Of a DNA stretch of 64,000 nt, positions 12,063-25,912 are shown one piece after another (position 1 is the first letter of the stretch; every line of letters starts with the position of its first letter). Position numbers and translations under genes: made by a program. The notes under the pieces were generated by a model, which ran no database searches, had not been told where the DNA came from, and saw nothing but the letters and a program-made list of their open reading frames with translations. Location: contig BCKZ01000008.1 in assembly GCA_001600815.1 (NCBI GenBank), positions 558,001 through 622,000 on the forward strand, read 5' to 3'. Origin of the DNA: Alloascoidea hylecoeti (taxonomy: Eukaryota).

Positions 12063-13329
12063 TTAATGGAATTCAGGACCATGAGATAATCTTTTCTTTT
12101 CATTCATGGTTGCCACAATTTTCTTACTAACTTCGTAGGATGATATCATAATCGCACAAGATGGAGCGATTTTTAAAATTCTTGGAATAGCACCAATGTA
12201 TAAAGCACCAAATCCTTCAGTTTTAACAATATGTCTTAATAAAGGAACCATTTTTAAACTGGCAAAAGTTGGATCTTTCTGTGAAGCAACTTGTTTTCTT
12301 GTTTTTCCAACATCAAATGGATTTGTGACTATAGCAGCAATAGTTCCACTTAACGAACCTGCAATGAATGCTTTTAAAAAAGTTTCATTGCCATTATTAT
12401 CACTTAATTTAACATTTGATAATTTTTTTTTAAAAAATTCATAAGATGCCCAATATATTCCAGAAAATGGAACATCTCTCCATAAGGTTAATACTAGACC
12501 CCTAAATAAAAAACCAACACCTTCAGATTTAATCATATATTTTGTATCATTAATGGTATTTAAAAATTGTTGCTGAGATGATAAAGGTTTTTCTTTTGGA
12601 ATTGATTGTAAACGAGTACGTAATAGTTCTAACGGTGATATTGTTGTGGCGGCCAAAATCCGGGCAAAACCCCCACACAATAAAGGATTTAAAAATTGGT
12701 TCGATATCAATGATTTTTCTTTTAAAAATTCATATCCTGTAAAGTAGACCATATTATTTGGAACAGCCATTATTCTAAAATTGTAGTTAGTATAAATTTC
12801 ATAATAATAATAAATATACGAAGATCTTAACATACAAAGTCAATGATAACCCTCTCCATAAAGTATAAATGCCTTCATTTTTAGCAATCTTTGTGATGCC
12901 TTCCCAAGTACCAATGAATCTCTTTGGAGCGGTTTTCTCAGCGCAATCATCAATAATAGTTGAAGCAATACATTGATCCATTGCATTATTAGGTAAACTG
13001 ATGACATCTTTACAACATGCATCAAGACCTATTCTTGACAAAGGGATCCTCTCGGAACTTGGAGTCTGTATTAGTTTATATCCTTGGGGCAAAGATCTTG
13101 TTAGAAAAGCAGGAGATATTGATGGATAAACAGATGATTGCTGCTGTAAACGGACTCGGACTACATCAAATGGAGTAACCACCAAAGATGTCGCTATCGA
13201 GCCAATACAAGCGGAAGCCATTCGTTGTGATATTGTAAGAGAAGGAGGTGTAACATGGTTATTGTTGGTGATATCTATCGACTGTTGTTGTTCCTCGATA
13301 GCAGGTGCTATTTCATCAGATACTGGCAT
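12063..13329 (-). CDS. MTM1: Mitochondrial carrier Mtm1 (SLC25A39/40 family), 2 exons
   Basis: Carrier signatures TPFDVVRVRLQ, SPLELLRTRLQ, NPFDVGKTRKQ; LWRDVPFSGIYW; Cys-containing loop; intron 12775-12835 (GTATGT...TACTAAC...TAG). Confidence 0.92.
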
Positions 13330-13676
13330 ATTGATTAATTTTTAATTTGTTGGAGTGTTAAAGAATCAAAAAAGAAGCAAAAAATTTAATGTAAGAAAAT
13401 ATTCACTTTAAACATTAGAAAATGACAATAACAATTTCCTTTCCAACTTCAAATTCCAACAATTATAAAAAGTATATTTTATAATAAATGAAATAAATGG
13501 AATAAATTTTATAATAAATTTCAAGCCGGAAGAAATAAATATCGATAATTTATTAGTAATAATAAAAATGAATTGTACTGCATAAAAACTTATAATATAA
13601 CAAAGACATCCACAAACACCCACACTTCCTATAAAATTCACAACCTCCCAAGTCCTTTTAGATAACATAAATATTA

Positions 13677-16600
13677 ATGCCATCAAACATCCGTTCTGTG
13701 TCTGATGATCCCCCGGTACTTACGAGTGGAATGAACACATTTACAATCACTACTCCCAGTCGGACAGCTTCCTCAACGAATAAATCTTCTCTAAACGGAC
13801 AAACGGACCCCACGATAAGAGAGAATGCAAATAAAAATAAAAATACAAATGGTAATGGTGGTGTCAATAGCAATAGCAATATAAACGGAAATGCGGCTGC
13901 AAGACCGGAAGACTCACTTGTTCCGGTTGAGTATAAGAGAAAACCATTAAATACCCAATTTAGACATGGGTTCGATAGTTCTGAGGAATATATGAATCGA
14001 TTAGCGCAGGTATGGCTTTTTAAATAATTGATATGAAGATAAGCAATAAAAGACAACTCTAATTCTAATAATAAATATAATATAGGTATTTTATATATAT
14101 TTCGAAGGTAAAAGACATGAAACTGCTGGAAATCCAAAACCAATCAATACTGATGATAATTCTACTCCCGATTGGAAAGTAACGAAAGATAGACAAAAAA
14201 CTGTTTCCGCAGCAATAGTTTTATGCTTAAACCTTGGTGTTGATCCTCCTGATATAATCAAAACTCAACCGTGCGCAAAACTAGAAGCTTGGATCGATCC
14301 TTCAATTCAAACCGATACAAAAAAAACAATCGAAGCCATTGGTAAAAATTTACAATCACAATATGAAACTCTTAGTTTAAGAACTCGTTATAAACAATGC
14401 TTGGACCCTTGTGTTGAAGAGATCAAAAGATTTTGTGGTACCTTAAGAAGAAATGCAAAAGATGATAGAATTTTATTTCATTATAACGGTCATGGCGTAC
14501 CTCAACCGACCCCTAGCGGGGAAATATGGGTTTTCAATAGAGGCTATACTCAATATATACCTGTTTCTTTACGCGATCTACAATCATGGTTAGGAGCTCC
14601 TTGCATATTTGTTTGGGATTGTCACTCAGCTGGCCATATTGTGAATAATTTTAAAAGATTTGTTCAAAAAAGAATAGAGGATGAAAGAACAAATGGGAAG
14701 GATCCATCTTCAACGGCTCCTGCTTCTTCTTATAAAGAATGTCTTCAACTAGCTGCTTGCCAGGCTAATGAATGTTTGCCAATGCATCCTGACTTACCAG
14801 CCGATATATTTACTTGTTGTTTAACTACTCCCATTGATATTTCAATTAAATGGTTTGTTATGCAAAACCCTTTATTGAAAACAAAATATCCAAATTTAAC
14901 AATACCCGGAAAGTTAGCTGATAGGAGAACGCCATTGGGTGAGCTGAACTGGATCTTTACTGCAATCACCGATACTGTTGCATGGACTACCTTACCAAGA
15001 CCAGTTTTTAAACGTTTATTTAGACAAGATTTAATGGTCGCTGCTTTATTTAGAAATTTCTTATTAGCAGATAGGATTTTAAGAGTTTGCAATTGCCATC
15101 CTGTGTCTGATCCTCCATTGCCATCAACAAATAATCATTCAATGTGGGATGCTTGGGATTTAGCACTTGATCAATGTTTATCGCAATTACCAATGTTACA
15201 TGCTGCTGAGAAACCAGGAGGTAAACCATATGAGTATAAACACTCTTCTTTTTTTGAAGAGCATTTAACAGCATTTGAAATTTGGTTACGTTATGGGTCA
15301 AATACCAAAAAAGCCCCCGAACAATTACCTGTTGTATTGCAAGTTCTATTATCACAGGTCCATAGATTGAGAGCCTTAATTTTATTAAGCAGATTCTTGG
15401 ACTTGGGTCCTTGGGCTGTCTATTTGGCATTATCAATTGGTATATTTCCTTATGTTTTAAAGTTATTGCAATCTCCAGCACAAGATTTAAAACCTGTTTT
15501 GGTTTTCATTTGGACAAGAATTATGTCTGTTGATTATAAAAATGCTCAACAAGAGTTAATGAAAGATAAAGGTTATGCATATTTTATTCAAATTTTAGTA
15601 CCACAATCAAACATGCCACCTTTTATAAATAATGTTTCTGAACATAGAGCAATGTGTGCCTTTGTTTTATCATTATTTTGTAAAGGTTTTAAGCAGGGTC
15701 AAACTGTTTGTATGTGTCCTGAAGTTTTAAATGCTTGTTTAATTCATACTGGTGAATCGGAAACTCCTTTACTACGACAATGGGCTGCTCTATGCATTTC
15801 TCAACTTTGGAATGAATATCCTGAAGGTAAATGGTTAGGTATGCGTGAAGATGCACCTGATAGACTCTGTGATCTATTAATGGATCCAATACCTGAAGTA
15901 AGAACATCTTGTGTTATTGCCCTTACAACCTTCTTAGGTAATGATAAGGAAGAATTGAGTTCTGAGTTTAAGCAACAAGAAATAAAATTAGCAACCGCTG
16001 TGCTTGGTTTAACTGGTGATGGTTCGGGGATTGTTAGAAGAGAAATCGTTGTGTTCTTATCAAGGTTTGTGAAAAGATATCTTGCTTATTTTTTGGTTGC
16101 CGCCTATGGTCAATTAGAAGAAGAAATCGCAATGATGGATGATCCATCATCATTACCCGAAGTTAGAAGATCGTCACCTGCATACGGTACTGTATTTTCA
16201 TCTGCTTGGAAAGCATTATTAACAATGTCTGAGGACCCTTTTACTGAAGTTAAGATATATGCCTCAAAAGTTGTTGATTATGTTTTCGCTAAGATGGATG
16301 AATCACCATTAGCTCAATCAAAGAAAGAAATCGAACAATATTTGATCCAGAAATATTCATCTACCTCAAATGGTTATAATAACAGTAATATGAATGAAAA
16401 TGGAACTGAAAATGGTAATGGTAATGGTAGTAATAATAATAGATTAGAATCTTTAAGTAACCAAAAACCACTTTTAAAAAGAAATCTAAGTTCACATTCA
16501 ATGGTTATTTCAACTAAATCTTTGAATGGAAATTCATCTCCTGTACCAGACCGGAAAATTCAACACCATAGATCTGTATCATCAATCGGTTTAGGTGGTA

Positions 16601-17943
16601 TTCTACAAAAATTAGGTCTTGGAATGTCAGACGACCATCCAGAAAATGAGTCCGTAAATGGTGCAAAATCACATTCCAATTTAATTTATATGCCATATGG
16701 TTCATGGAAGAAACCACCAACTCCAAGGCTTCAATCAAATGATAATTCTGAAACAGAAGATGATATTCTTAATTTGCCGTTAAGTAGTGGATTCTTTGAA
16801 TGGAGTTGTGAATATTTTCAGGAACCATTATTAGGTCACGCGGATGTGGATGAACCAGGTAGTGAAGAATATATACAACGAGTTTGGAGAAGAAATCGAA
16901 ATGAAAAAATAATGATTGAAACACAACCACAAAAGGATTTAGCGATTAATGGTAATTGGAAATCAACCATTGGTTCACTTAATAATTTAACACAGCCTAA
17001 AAAATTATTATTTGCACAATTTGAACCAAATTTAGTTTCTATTGATGATAGAGACGGCGTTAGTATCTGGGATTGGAGCTTAAATTCACTGGTTAATAGA
17101 TTTTCGAATTGTAATCCATTTGGTAGTAAAATTACCGAAGTCAAATTTATTAATGAAGATGATATACCTTTACTTTTGACAGGTTCAAGTGATGGTGTTG
17201 TTAGAATCTTCAAGAATTACCAATCTGAAGAAAAAGTTCAATTAGTTTCTGCTTGGAGAGCATTGGCTGATTTATTACCAACGAGTAAGAGTACAGGTTT
17301 AGTCGCCGATTGGCAACAAAGCCGCGGTGCCCTATTAGTCGGTGGTGACGTTAAAGTTATTAGAGTTTGGGATGCACCAAGAGAATTGTGTATCTCTGAT
17401 ATTCCTGCAAGATCAAGTAGTACTATAACATCTTTAACATCAGATCAGGTTGCAGGTCATGTATTTGTCGCTGGGTTTGGTGACGGATTTGTACGAGTTT
17501 ATGATAGAAGAATGGACTCCCGTGAATCAATGGTACAAGCATGGAGAAATAGAGGCGGTTGGGTTGTTAATACACACATGCAAAGGGGAGGCTACAGAGA
17601 ATTAGTTACTGGTTCTTCTGAAGGTTTTGTCAGTTTATGGGATATAAGGATGAAAGAGCCGGTTGAAAGTTTTAGAGCTCACGAGAAAACAATGACTGGC
17701 ATTCAAGTTCATGAACATGCACCCGTCGTTGTAACTGGATCTAGACTTATAAGGTTATGGACGACGGCTGGTGATTTAGTCTCAACCGTTAAGAATCCTA
17801 GTGGGTATATGTTACAAAACAGGAATCCTTACGTTTCAGCAGTTGCGTTTCATCCTCATAGAATGATACTAGCAGCTAATAGCTCACACGATACCACTAT
17901 TAATTTGTTCAGCTGTACTGAAAATTTACAACATAATATTTAA
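13677..17943 (+). CDS. KOG1: TORC1 subunit Kog1/Raptor, 2 exons
   Basis: Intron 14010-14085 joins exon 1 in frame to VFYIYFEGKRH...; RNC domain (ILFHYNGHGVP), HEAT repeats and C-terminal WD40. Confidence 0.96.
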
Positions 17944-18309
17944 GAAATATGCATTTTCTATTACTTTTAATTAAATTGTTTTTTGTTGTTTAATGACTCA
18001 TCATGGGTATTTTATATATTTGATTTACAATCATAATTATTATTGATTATTAGGTTTTTCACTATCTATGTTCAATAATTTCTATATAAATGTATAGGGG
18101 GTATATTATTTAATGTATCATAATTGTTATAAGCTTTTTTCTGTACTATAGTTAAGGGGATATTGACAGGTGAAAAACCTTAATCACTAGTGCTTGGATT
18201 CCTAAAATGGAAATCAGGTCTTCTTCATATAATTATAGATCTATCTCTTTGGTGGATAATGCTAAGAGTCCTATAAAGCTATATTTTAATACATAAAATT
18301 GCAATGTAA

Positions 18310-19815
18310 CTAATGAGCCGTGGTTCCTGTAAGACTGAAAAATGCTAGATTATCTCTATGTGCAATATATTCAGAATCTGCATATCCCAAAATTGATTCA
18401 ATTTTTGAACTTTTTTCACCAGCAATCTGAGAAATTGCAACGGATGAATAATTGACCAAGGCTCTACCAACATCAATTGGTTTTTTAGTTGTATCCAATT
18501 TTCCTTTTTGATCTTTATACCCAACTTTAAGTGATACACATTCAGATTCGTGAAATACACCATCAACCGCGATAACACCAGCTGGAAGTAAACCAGCTTT
18601 ATCCTTCCTTGTTAGAGCTTTATATGCACCAGCGTCAATGATGATAGATCCATGATTAGTTAAACAGTGTAATAACCACATACATCTATCCTTAATTGGG
18701 TGTTCTCTTGGTAAGAATCGGGTGTGTAATGGAACATTTTTTTCTTTCATTTCTTTTAATTCTTCTTGTTGAACTAAATCAAACTCATCTGATAATAATA
18801 ATTTATGAAGATCATCTTCAATATCGTTATCAAAGTTGTTTAAATTAGCTATTCCTGAGTTTCCTTCCAAATCTGGAGTTCCTGGTCTGGTTCCTGGTTG
18901 AATATCTCTATGGAACGGGATATTTTCCGATTCTTTTGATTGGATGTAATCAACAATAGCTTTAATATTTCCAGGGACTGAACTTCTTGTAATAATTGTT
19001 GTGACTCCAGAAGCTGAGCCCAATTCAGCAGCGATTAGTTTTGTTGTCATTCCGCCTGTTCCAACAGAACTGCCAGCAGATGAAGTATTGACATTCAATC
19101 TCGATATTTCATCAACTACTATTATTGGCTTAGCATCTGGATTACTTCTTGGATTATCTGTATAAAGGCAGTCAACATCTGTCATCAGGAATAAAAAATC
19201 AGCATTTATCATCCCAGCAGTTATGGCTGATAATGTATCATTATCACCAAAACGAATTTCCTAGATTCTTGATTAGTAAATTCTGTAGGAATTTAAAATA
19301 TTAATAAATTAGTATACTTACCAAAACCGATAAAGTGTCATTTTCATTAATAATTGGGACAACATCCATATTTATTAGTTCGTGTATAGTGTTAGCAGCA
19401 TTCAGATACTGAGTTCTATCAAGAATATCATTTCTTGTAAGAAGAATCTGACCAATTGGTTGGTTCAATTGTCTAAATAAATCATCCCATAAACCAATAA
19501 GTCTACTTTGGCCGATCGCAGCAACAGCTTGGACAGCAGAAAGTCTTTTAGGACGTCGATTTAACCCAATTCTTCGAAGTCCCACTGCAATTGCACCAGA
19601 TGAGACAATCACCACCTTATGACCATCTCTTTTCAGCTTCACCACTGTCTCTACGATTAACGACATATTTGCGATTTTTGGTTCTCTTGTGATTTCATCA
19701 CACAGAGATGATGTTCCTGTAAAGGTGTCAGTAATTAACCACCTAATATTCTGATGAGCCAGTCTAGAGACATACCTAGTTTAATGAAAATTGTGTATGA
19801 TTTCTTTTCTCTCAT
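18310..19815 (-). CDS. PRO1: Glutamate 5-kinase, 3 exons
   Basis: [44 protein letters not shown] and a PUA domain; introns 19717-19775 and 19261-19321. Confidence 0.95.
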
Positions 19816-19827
19816 TTTTATGTATTG

Positions 19828-19835
19828 ATGACTCA
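19828..19835. promoter_or_regulatory. Gcn4/AP-1-type site ATGACTCA in the 95-bp PRO1/QNS1 divergent gap
   Basis: Motif seen directly; function inferred. Confidence 0.4.
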
Positions 19836-19910
19836 AAGATTAAGTTTGGAGGTTATAATAAATAAACAACCATCCAACTTTGAGAATCCAGTTTAACCAT
19901 TTCATACAAA

Positions 19911-22037
19911 ATGGGACATCTCGTTACTTTAGCCACCTGCAATCTCAATCAATGGGCTCTTGACTTTGAAGGCAATCGGGACAGAATAATTGAAAGCATC
20001 AGACAAGCCAAGGCCAAAGGTGCTACTTTGCGTGTTGGTCCGGAGCTGGAGATCACTGGCTACGGATGTTTGGATCACTTCCTCGAAGGTGACACTTTTC
20101 TTCATTCCTGGGAGATGTATGCTCAGATTCTAAATCATGAGGATACCGGTGATATTTTGTTGGATATTGGAATGCCAGTTTTACACAAAAGTGTTCGATA
20201 CAATTGCCGGCTTATCTCTTACAACCGAAAGATTCTTTTTATAAGGCCTAAGATTTGGTTAGCTAATGACGGAAACTATAGAGAAATGCGCTATTTCACT
20301 CCTTGGTCAAGACCACAATATGTTGAGGAATACCTTCTACCTAGAATGATTCAAAAAATCACTTCTCAAACAGTTGTCGATTTTGGTGATGCTGTTATCT
20401 CTACCCTTGATACTGTGGTCGGTGCTGAAACTTGCGAGGAACTTTTTACTCCAAATAGTCCTCATATTTCTATGGCTCTCGATGGCGTTGAAATTTTTAC
20501 TAATTCAAGTGGAAGTCATCATGAATTAAGAAAATTGGATACAAGAATGGATTTAATTACAGAAGCTACAACAAAATGCGGTGGGATCTATTTATATTCA
20601 AACCAAAGAGGTTGTGATGGTGACCGTTTATATTATGACGGCTGTGCCTTAATCGTCGTCAACGGTAAAGTAGTTGCCCAGGCCCCTCAATTCTCTTTAA
20701 ACGATGTTGAGGTGATAACAGCTACTGTCGATCTAGAAGATGTTAGAAGTTATAGATCGTTAATGTCTCATGGATTACAAAGCACCACAACCCCTACTTA
20801 TAAAAGAATAAGAGTCGATGCAAGCTTATCAAGTTCTGATCTTACTTTTGATCCAACTGTTGTCCCCTCAAAACCATTTCCAATTAAATATCATAGGCCT
20901 GAAGAAGAAATTGCTTATGGTCCTGCTTGTTGGCTGTGGGATTATGTTCGTAGATGTCGTGCTAGCGGGTTTTTCATACCTTTATCTGGTGGAATTGATA
21001 GTTGTGCAACATCAGTTATTGTCTTTTCAATGTGTAGAATGGTTGCTTCTGCTGCTCTTGAAGGTAATGAACAAGTCATTAAAGATGCAAAGGTTGTAGC
21101 TGGTTTACCAGAAGACTCGGATTATAAACCAACTGATCCAAAAGAGTTTTGTGGAAGAATTTTTCATACTTGTTTTATGGGAACTGAAAATTCATCTGAG
21201 GATACAAGATCTAGAGCTAAACAATTAGCTGCGGACATTGGTGCATATCATACTGATCTGAATATGGATACACTAGTAACTGCAGTCCGTAATCTGTTTG
21301 AAGTTGTTACTGGTAAAAGACCAATTTTTAAGATTTTCGGAGGTTCAAATATTGAGAATTTAGCATTGCAAAACATTCAAGCAAGATTAAGAATGGTCTT
21401 GGCTTATTTATTCGCACAATTACTTCCATGGGTTAGAGGTAGACAGACTGGTGGCGGATTACTTGTTTTAGGTAGTGCAAATGTTGATGAATGTCTAAGA
21501 GGTTATTTGACAAAATATGACTGCTCGAGTGCTGATATCAATCCAATTGGTGGGATTTCAAAAACCGATTTAAAAAGATTTATCGATTTCACAACTACTG
21601 AATTTGACTTACCCATACTTCATGATTTCTTAACCGCTGTTCCAACCGCTGAATTGGAACCGATTACAAAAGATTATGTTCAATCCGATGAAATTGACAT
21701 GGGTATGACTTATGATGAATTATCAATATTTGGTCGCTTGCGTAAAGTTGGTAAATGTGGTCCCTATAGTATGTTTCAAAAATTATATCATGAATGGACA
21801 CCAAGATTATCACCTGCTGAAGTTGCTGTTAAAGTTAAGAGGTTTTTCTTTTTCTACGCCATTAATAGGCATAAACAGACAGTCTTAACTCCTTCTTATC
21901 ATGCTGAGCAGTATTCACCCGATGATAATAGGTTCGACCTTCGTCCTTTCCTTATTAATCCAAGATTCAGTTGGGCATCAAAGAAAATAGATGAAATTGT
22001 TGATAATTGGCAAAAGACGGAAAGCAAAAAAGAATAG
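19911..22037 (+). CDS. QNS1: Glutamine-dependent NAD+ synthetase
   Basis: [22 protein letters not shown] nitrilase domain; [19 protein letters not shown]. Confidence 0.98.
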   Translation: MGHLVTLATCNLNQWALDFEGNRDRIIESIRQAKAKGATLRVGPELEITGYGCLDHFLEGDTFLHSWEMYAQILNHEDTGDILLDIGMPVLHKSVRYNCRLISYNRKILFIRPKIWLANDGNYREMRYFTPWSRPQYVEEYLLPRMIQKITSQTVVDFGDAVISTLDTVVGAETCEELFTPNSPHISMALDGVEIFTNSSGSHHELRKLDTRMDLITEATTKCGGIYLYSNQRGCDGDRLYYDGCALIVVNGKVVAQAPQFSLNDVEVITATVDLEDVRSYRSLMSHGLQSTTTPTYKRIRVDASLSSSDLTFDPTVVPSKPFPIKYHRPEEEIAYGPACWLWDYVRRCRASGFFIPLSGGIDSCATSVIVFSMCRMVASAALEGNEQVIKDAKVVAGLPEDSDYKPTDPKEFCGRIFHTCFMGTENSSEDTRSRAKQLAADIGAYHTDLNMDTLVTAVRNLFEVVTGKRPIFKIFGGSNIENLALQNIQARLRMVLAYLFAQLLPWVRGRQTGGGLLVLGSANVDECLRGYLTKYDCSSADINPIGGISKTDLKRFIDFTTTEFDLPILHDFLTAVPTAELEPITKDYVQSDEIDMGMTYDELSIFGRLRKVGKCGPYSMFQKLYHEWTPRLSPAEVAVKVKRFFFFYAINRHKQTVLTPSYHAEQYSPDDNRFDLRPFLINPRFSWASKKIDEIVDNWQKTESKKE

Positions 22038-22192
22038 TTGATCATCGTTAGATTTCATGGTCAAATATCTAATATTGAGTGAGGTACATAGTACATATGT
22101 GTAGATAACTATTTCTGAAAGGTTTTCTTAGAAACTGTATACAGATTATAAAGAGATGATAATTAATTTCATGTGTATATCCTTCTATATTT

Positions 22193-23702
22193 CTATTTTC
22201 TCATTTCCCCCCACAATGGTTTGGGCATGGTATTCACTTTATCATTGCGTCTCCAGAAATCAATCAACTATTTGATTTGAACGAATTAGTAAAAAGTAAA
22301 ATGGCAGGTATAAAAAGTAACTTACTGTTATGGCTGTTTTTTCTGGGCCGTCTTCTTGGATGAAATGGCCTGTATCGTTAAATACTACCAATTGATATTT
22401 CCCTTAAAGAGGAAGCGTTAATAGTCATAATGATATATAAAAAGTCAAATTTTAGTCTATTGTTACCCACCTTGCATTTGTCCAATCATAAGTGCTTTAT
22501 CTAGGTTATCTGTTCCAGCCAGAATTAACAATTTAGCAGGATGAGCCGAAAGAAACTCTTCCGAAAGCCCAGTGAACCAGTCTAAATAAGTGTTAGTTAA
22601 TAATTAACCATCAAAAGAAAGTAACAGCTGAACTGTATTAACTTACTTTCCCAATATGGTTCGGTATCATATAGGTTAGTTATCCAAGACCAGTTATATT
22701 TTCCATCAGTTGAAGTAATATTGTCCACTACACCTTGTATAGAAACAAGAGCTGATTCTCTTTTTCTCAAGGTTTTAGATTTAAGATGCCATGCAACAGC
22801 CGATCGGAAATTCTTGAATCCAGTTGGTCTGTGTTCAAGAAAATGATGCATTCCATTTAACGCAGAAACAGCAACTTCTTCAACAACATCGAATATTGCT
22901 AAACCGACAATATTTAAATCGATTCTGCCGGAACATACGGCCTTTGTAACAATTGATCCCCCTAAACTATGGCCGACTAACACTATAGGTGGCGAATTTT
23001 CTTTGGTCCAATTTTGTCTTCTGCCTAGTTCATTTACCACAAACACAAAATCATTAATAAATGTGTCGATACTATAATCCTTTGTATTTACCACTTTCGT
23101 GAACCCATGGCCACGAGCATCAAAGGTGAAAGCGCCGGCTACACCTTTATCATCGGAGGTGAGTGGTGTATCAGGCAAAGCATCTGCTTCACTTTGCATT
23201 TGTGATCGTATATTTGCAGTTAATAGGGCGAATGATAAGCCACATGAGCCAGCACCATGATGAAAAATAAATACTGGAGAACGCGATAATTCATTTGGAG
23301 GAGTGAAATAAGTATTGAACTGATTTCCTTGCTCATCCAAATATTGTTCATTTTTTTCAAAGTACTTAGTCCATGGAACAGGTTTAAGGTCATCTTCATC
23401 GTCAGCGCTATCTGGAACCTTTTCCTTGTTTTCAGTGCTAAGTCAGCTGGTTAGTATCATCCATAAAAAATTATTCAAACCGTAATGGATTAAATGATAT
23501 ATATATATATAAATATTTAAAGCTCATACTTCTTAAGTGAAGATGTAGAGTGAGGTTTCGATCCATAAAAAAAGCTAGGAAGTTCACCTAATCCATCTTG
23601 ATCTTCCTCCTCCTGTTCCTCATCATTCTCTGTGGCAAGATTCAATGCTTGTTCGGCTTCTGCTATCTTCTTCAGAAATAATTTCCGCTGAATGTTAGAC
23701 AT
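22193..23702 (-). CDS. PPE1: Protein phosphatase methylesterase 1, 5 exons
   Basis: [35 protein letters not shown]; introns 23438-23529, 22582-22646, 22403-22470 and 22268-22325 give a continuous frame. Confidence 0.93.
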
Positions 23703-23971
23703 TTTCAATATAAGTGAAGAAGATCAATTGAAGTTGGTGTTGACATCCAATAAGTTCATGAGAGTTTGGGTGCATCTCCACACTTCACCATCCAAAATTT
23801 AAGGAGCTTAAACTTAATAATTAAGGAATTTTGCACCTCAAATTTCTATTATCATCCATCAATCTATATATGCTATTATTATATATATTTGATTTTTTAT
23901 ACAAGCTTAATTATCTTATTCACATTAAACATCTGCCATATTGTAACGATTGTAATTGCAATGGCATCGAG

Positions 23972-23979
23972 TCACGTGA
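23972..23979. promoter_or_regulatory. Cbf1-type E-box TCACGTGA upstream of RLP7, followed by RRPE-like T-tracts
   Basis: Palindromic motif about 70 bp upstream of the RLP7 ATG; TTTTTTTCA tracts at about 24012-24034. Confidence 0.4.
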
Positions 23980-24051
23980 TACATTGCAGCTTATTTTTTT
24001 TTTCTAATTTATTTTTTTCATCTTTTTTTTTTCACCCTTTATAAAATCAAT

Positions 24052-24810
24052 ATGTCGACCACACCATCCAGCACCATTCCCCAAGATGCCGTTCTTGTTT
24101 CAGAGAATATACTAAGGAAAAGAAAAGATGCTGATAAATTAAGAGTCCAGAAACAGGCTGAAGCTGTCGAAAGACAAGCTAAAAAGAAAAATCAGAGAAA
24201 AGCTGTATTTCAACGTGCGGAAAAGTATGTCAAAGATTATAGGGAGTTAGAGAGAGAGAAAAGTAGGGTCAAAAGAGTCACTAAGAATGAAGTTTCTGTT
24301 GATGCTTTTGAAGAAAATAAACTAGTATTTGTTGTTCGAATTAAAGGAATCAAGAAAATTCCTACAAAACCCAAAAAAGTTCTGCAACTTTTGAGATTGA
24401 CTCAGGTTAATAGCGGCGTATTCCTAAAGGTCACAAAAGCAACATCTGAACTCCTTCAACTTATTGAGCCATATGTGGCATATGGTTATCCTAACTTGGC
24501 ATCTATCCGACAATTGATCTATAAAAGAGGTTATGGGAAAATTGATAATAAACGTGTGCCATTAACAGATAATGCTATAATTGAGGAACATTTAGGAAAA
24601 TATGGTATTATCTGCTTAGAAGACTTAATCCATGAAATTTTTGCAGGTGGTCCTAATTTCAAACAAGCAAACAATTTCCTATTCCCATTCAAGTTATCTA
24701 GTCCTACTGGAGGATGGGGTGTCCGAAGTAAATTTAAACATTTCTTAGAAGGTGGGGTTGTTGGTAATAGAGGAGAAGATATAAATGAATTAATTACGGC
24801 TCAAAATTAA
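24052..24810 (+). CDS. RLP7: Ribosome biogenesis protein Rlp7 (uL30/L7-like)
   Basis: ENILRKRK N-terminus, L30 domain (VLQLLRL...NSGVF...EPYVAYGYP), GIICLEDLIHEI; intronless. Confidence 0.85.
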   Translation: MSTTPSSTIPQDAVLVSENILRKRKDADKLRVQKQAEAVERQAKKKNQRKAVFQRAEKYVKDYRELEREKSRVKRVTKNEVSVDAFEENKLVFVVRIKGIKKIPTKPKKVLQLLRLTQVNSGVFLKVTKATSELLQLIEPYVAYGYPNLASIRQLIYKRGYGKIDNKRVPLTDNAIIEEHLGKYGIICLEDLIHEIFAGGPNFKQANNFLFPFKLSSPTGGWGVRSKFKHFLEGGVVGNRGEDINELITAQN

Positions 24811-25912
24811 CACCTTCTAGATTGTATATTAATGTTATAGATACTTTTATATGAATATATTTGTTTGCAATTGAGGTCGTAAAACAGTAGCTATAGATAT
24901 TCATCGATATCCAATTACCGGTACAAGTCCTCTAACAAGCTCGAGGTGTTTAATAAATAATATATTGACCCACATTTTAGGCTTCAACTGGTTAGGCGGT
25001 AACCCCCATCCCAATTTACCAGTATATCCTTGCACCGCCATATTTGGCTAACGTTATGGTACAAGATTTAATTAGCAAATATTCGCTGCTTAATTCGTTT
25101 ACTATACATATTCCGCACACATACGGGTAGGTTGATACATAGTTAAACACTTAACAATTTCTACTAGATTTATATTATATGCATAATCATAAAAAGCGTG
25201 TAGCCCAAGAATGAGTTAACTACACATCGTATAGGTTATGTGATTGATAAACGAATTATACGTAAAACTAGAAGTTTAGGTTTACGGCGGAGGACACTGG
25301 TTTTAGTCGGTAAATACTGAACAATTGATCCCACATGAAGACGAAACAGCGGGTCCAATGTCAGATTTAAAATACCAAAGATCTGAGATCCCTAGTCAAA
25401 CCTACAGAAGCTTGGAGTATGTATTATGAGTATGAGTTACTATGAACCTGCATCGCAAACGTGAATGTGTAACTTACACGTAAGATCTAGGTCAATTGAT
25501 AGAGAATACGTGTACAGCTAATAAAATATATGCTGTCAATATGATAGTATTGTTATAGCCACCGGTATTTTATTTATTTATTCTTTGGATGATATGTATA
25601 ATTGCAAACTTATTTAAGTTTTAAAAATGCAGCTGCTGGAACAACCAAGTCAGGAATATCAACTCACCTCAATTAATGATCTCCAATAAGATACAATGTT
25701 GCAAACTATTTGTAGGCGCAAATGAAAAGAAAGCTTCAGCAAATAATCAGCTATAGGATACATTTTGGACTATTTATATAATACTAAGAATATGTTAAAC
25801 CTGGGCAACTAGCAGTTATTATTTATGATGCAAGGCTGTTGCCATCACGTGAATTCTAGTATCAAACTAGACCGCATTTTGTGTTTCTCTTTCATCGGCG
25901 AATTATTTCTGA

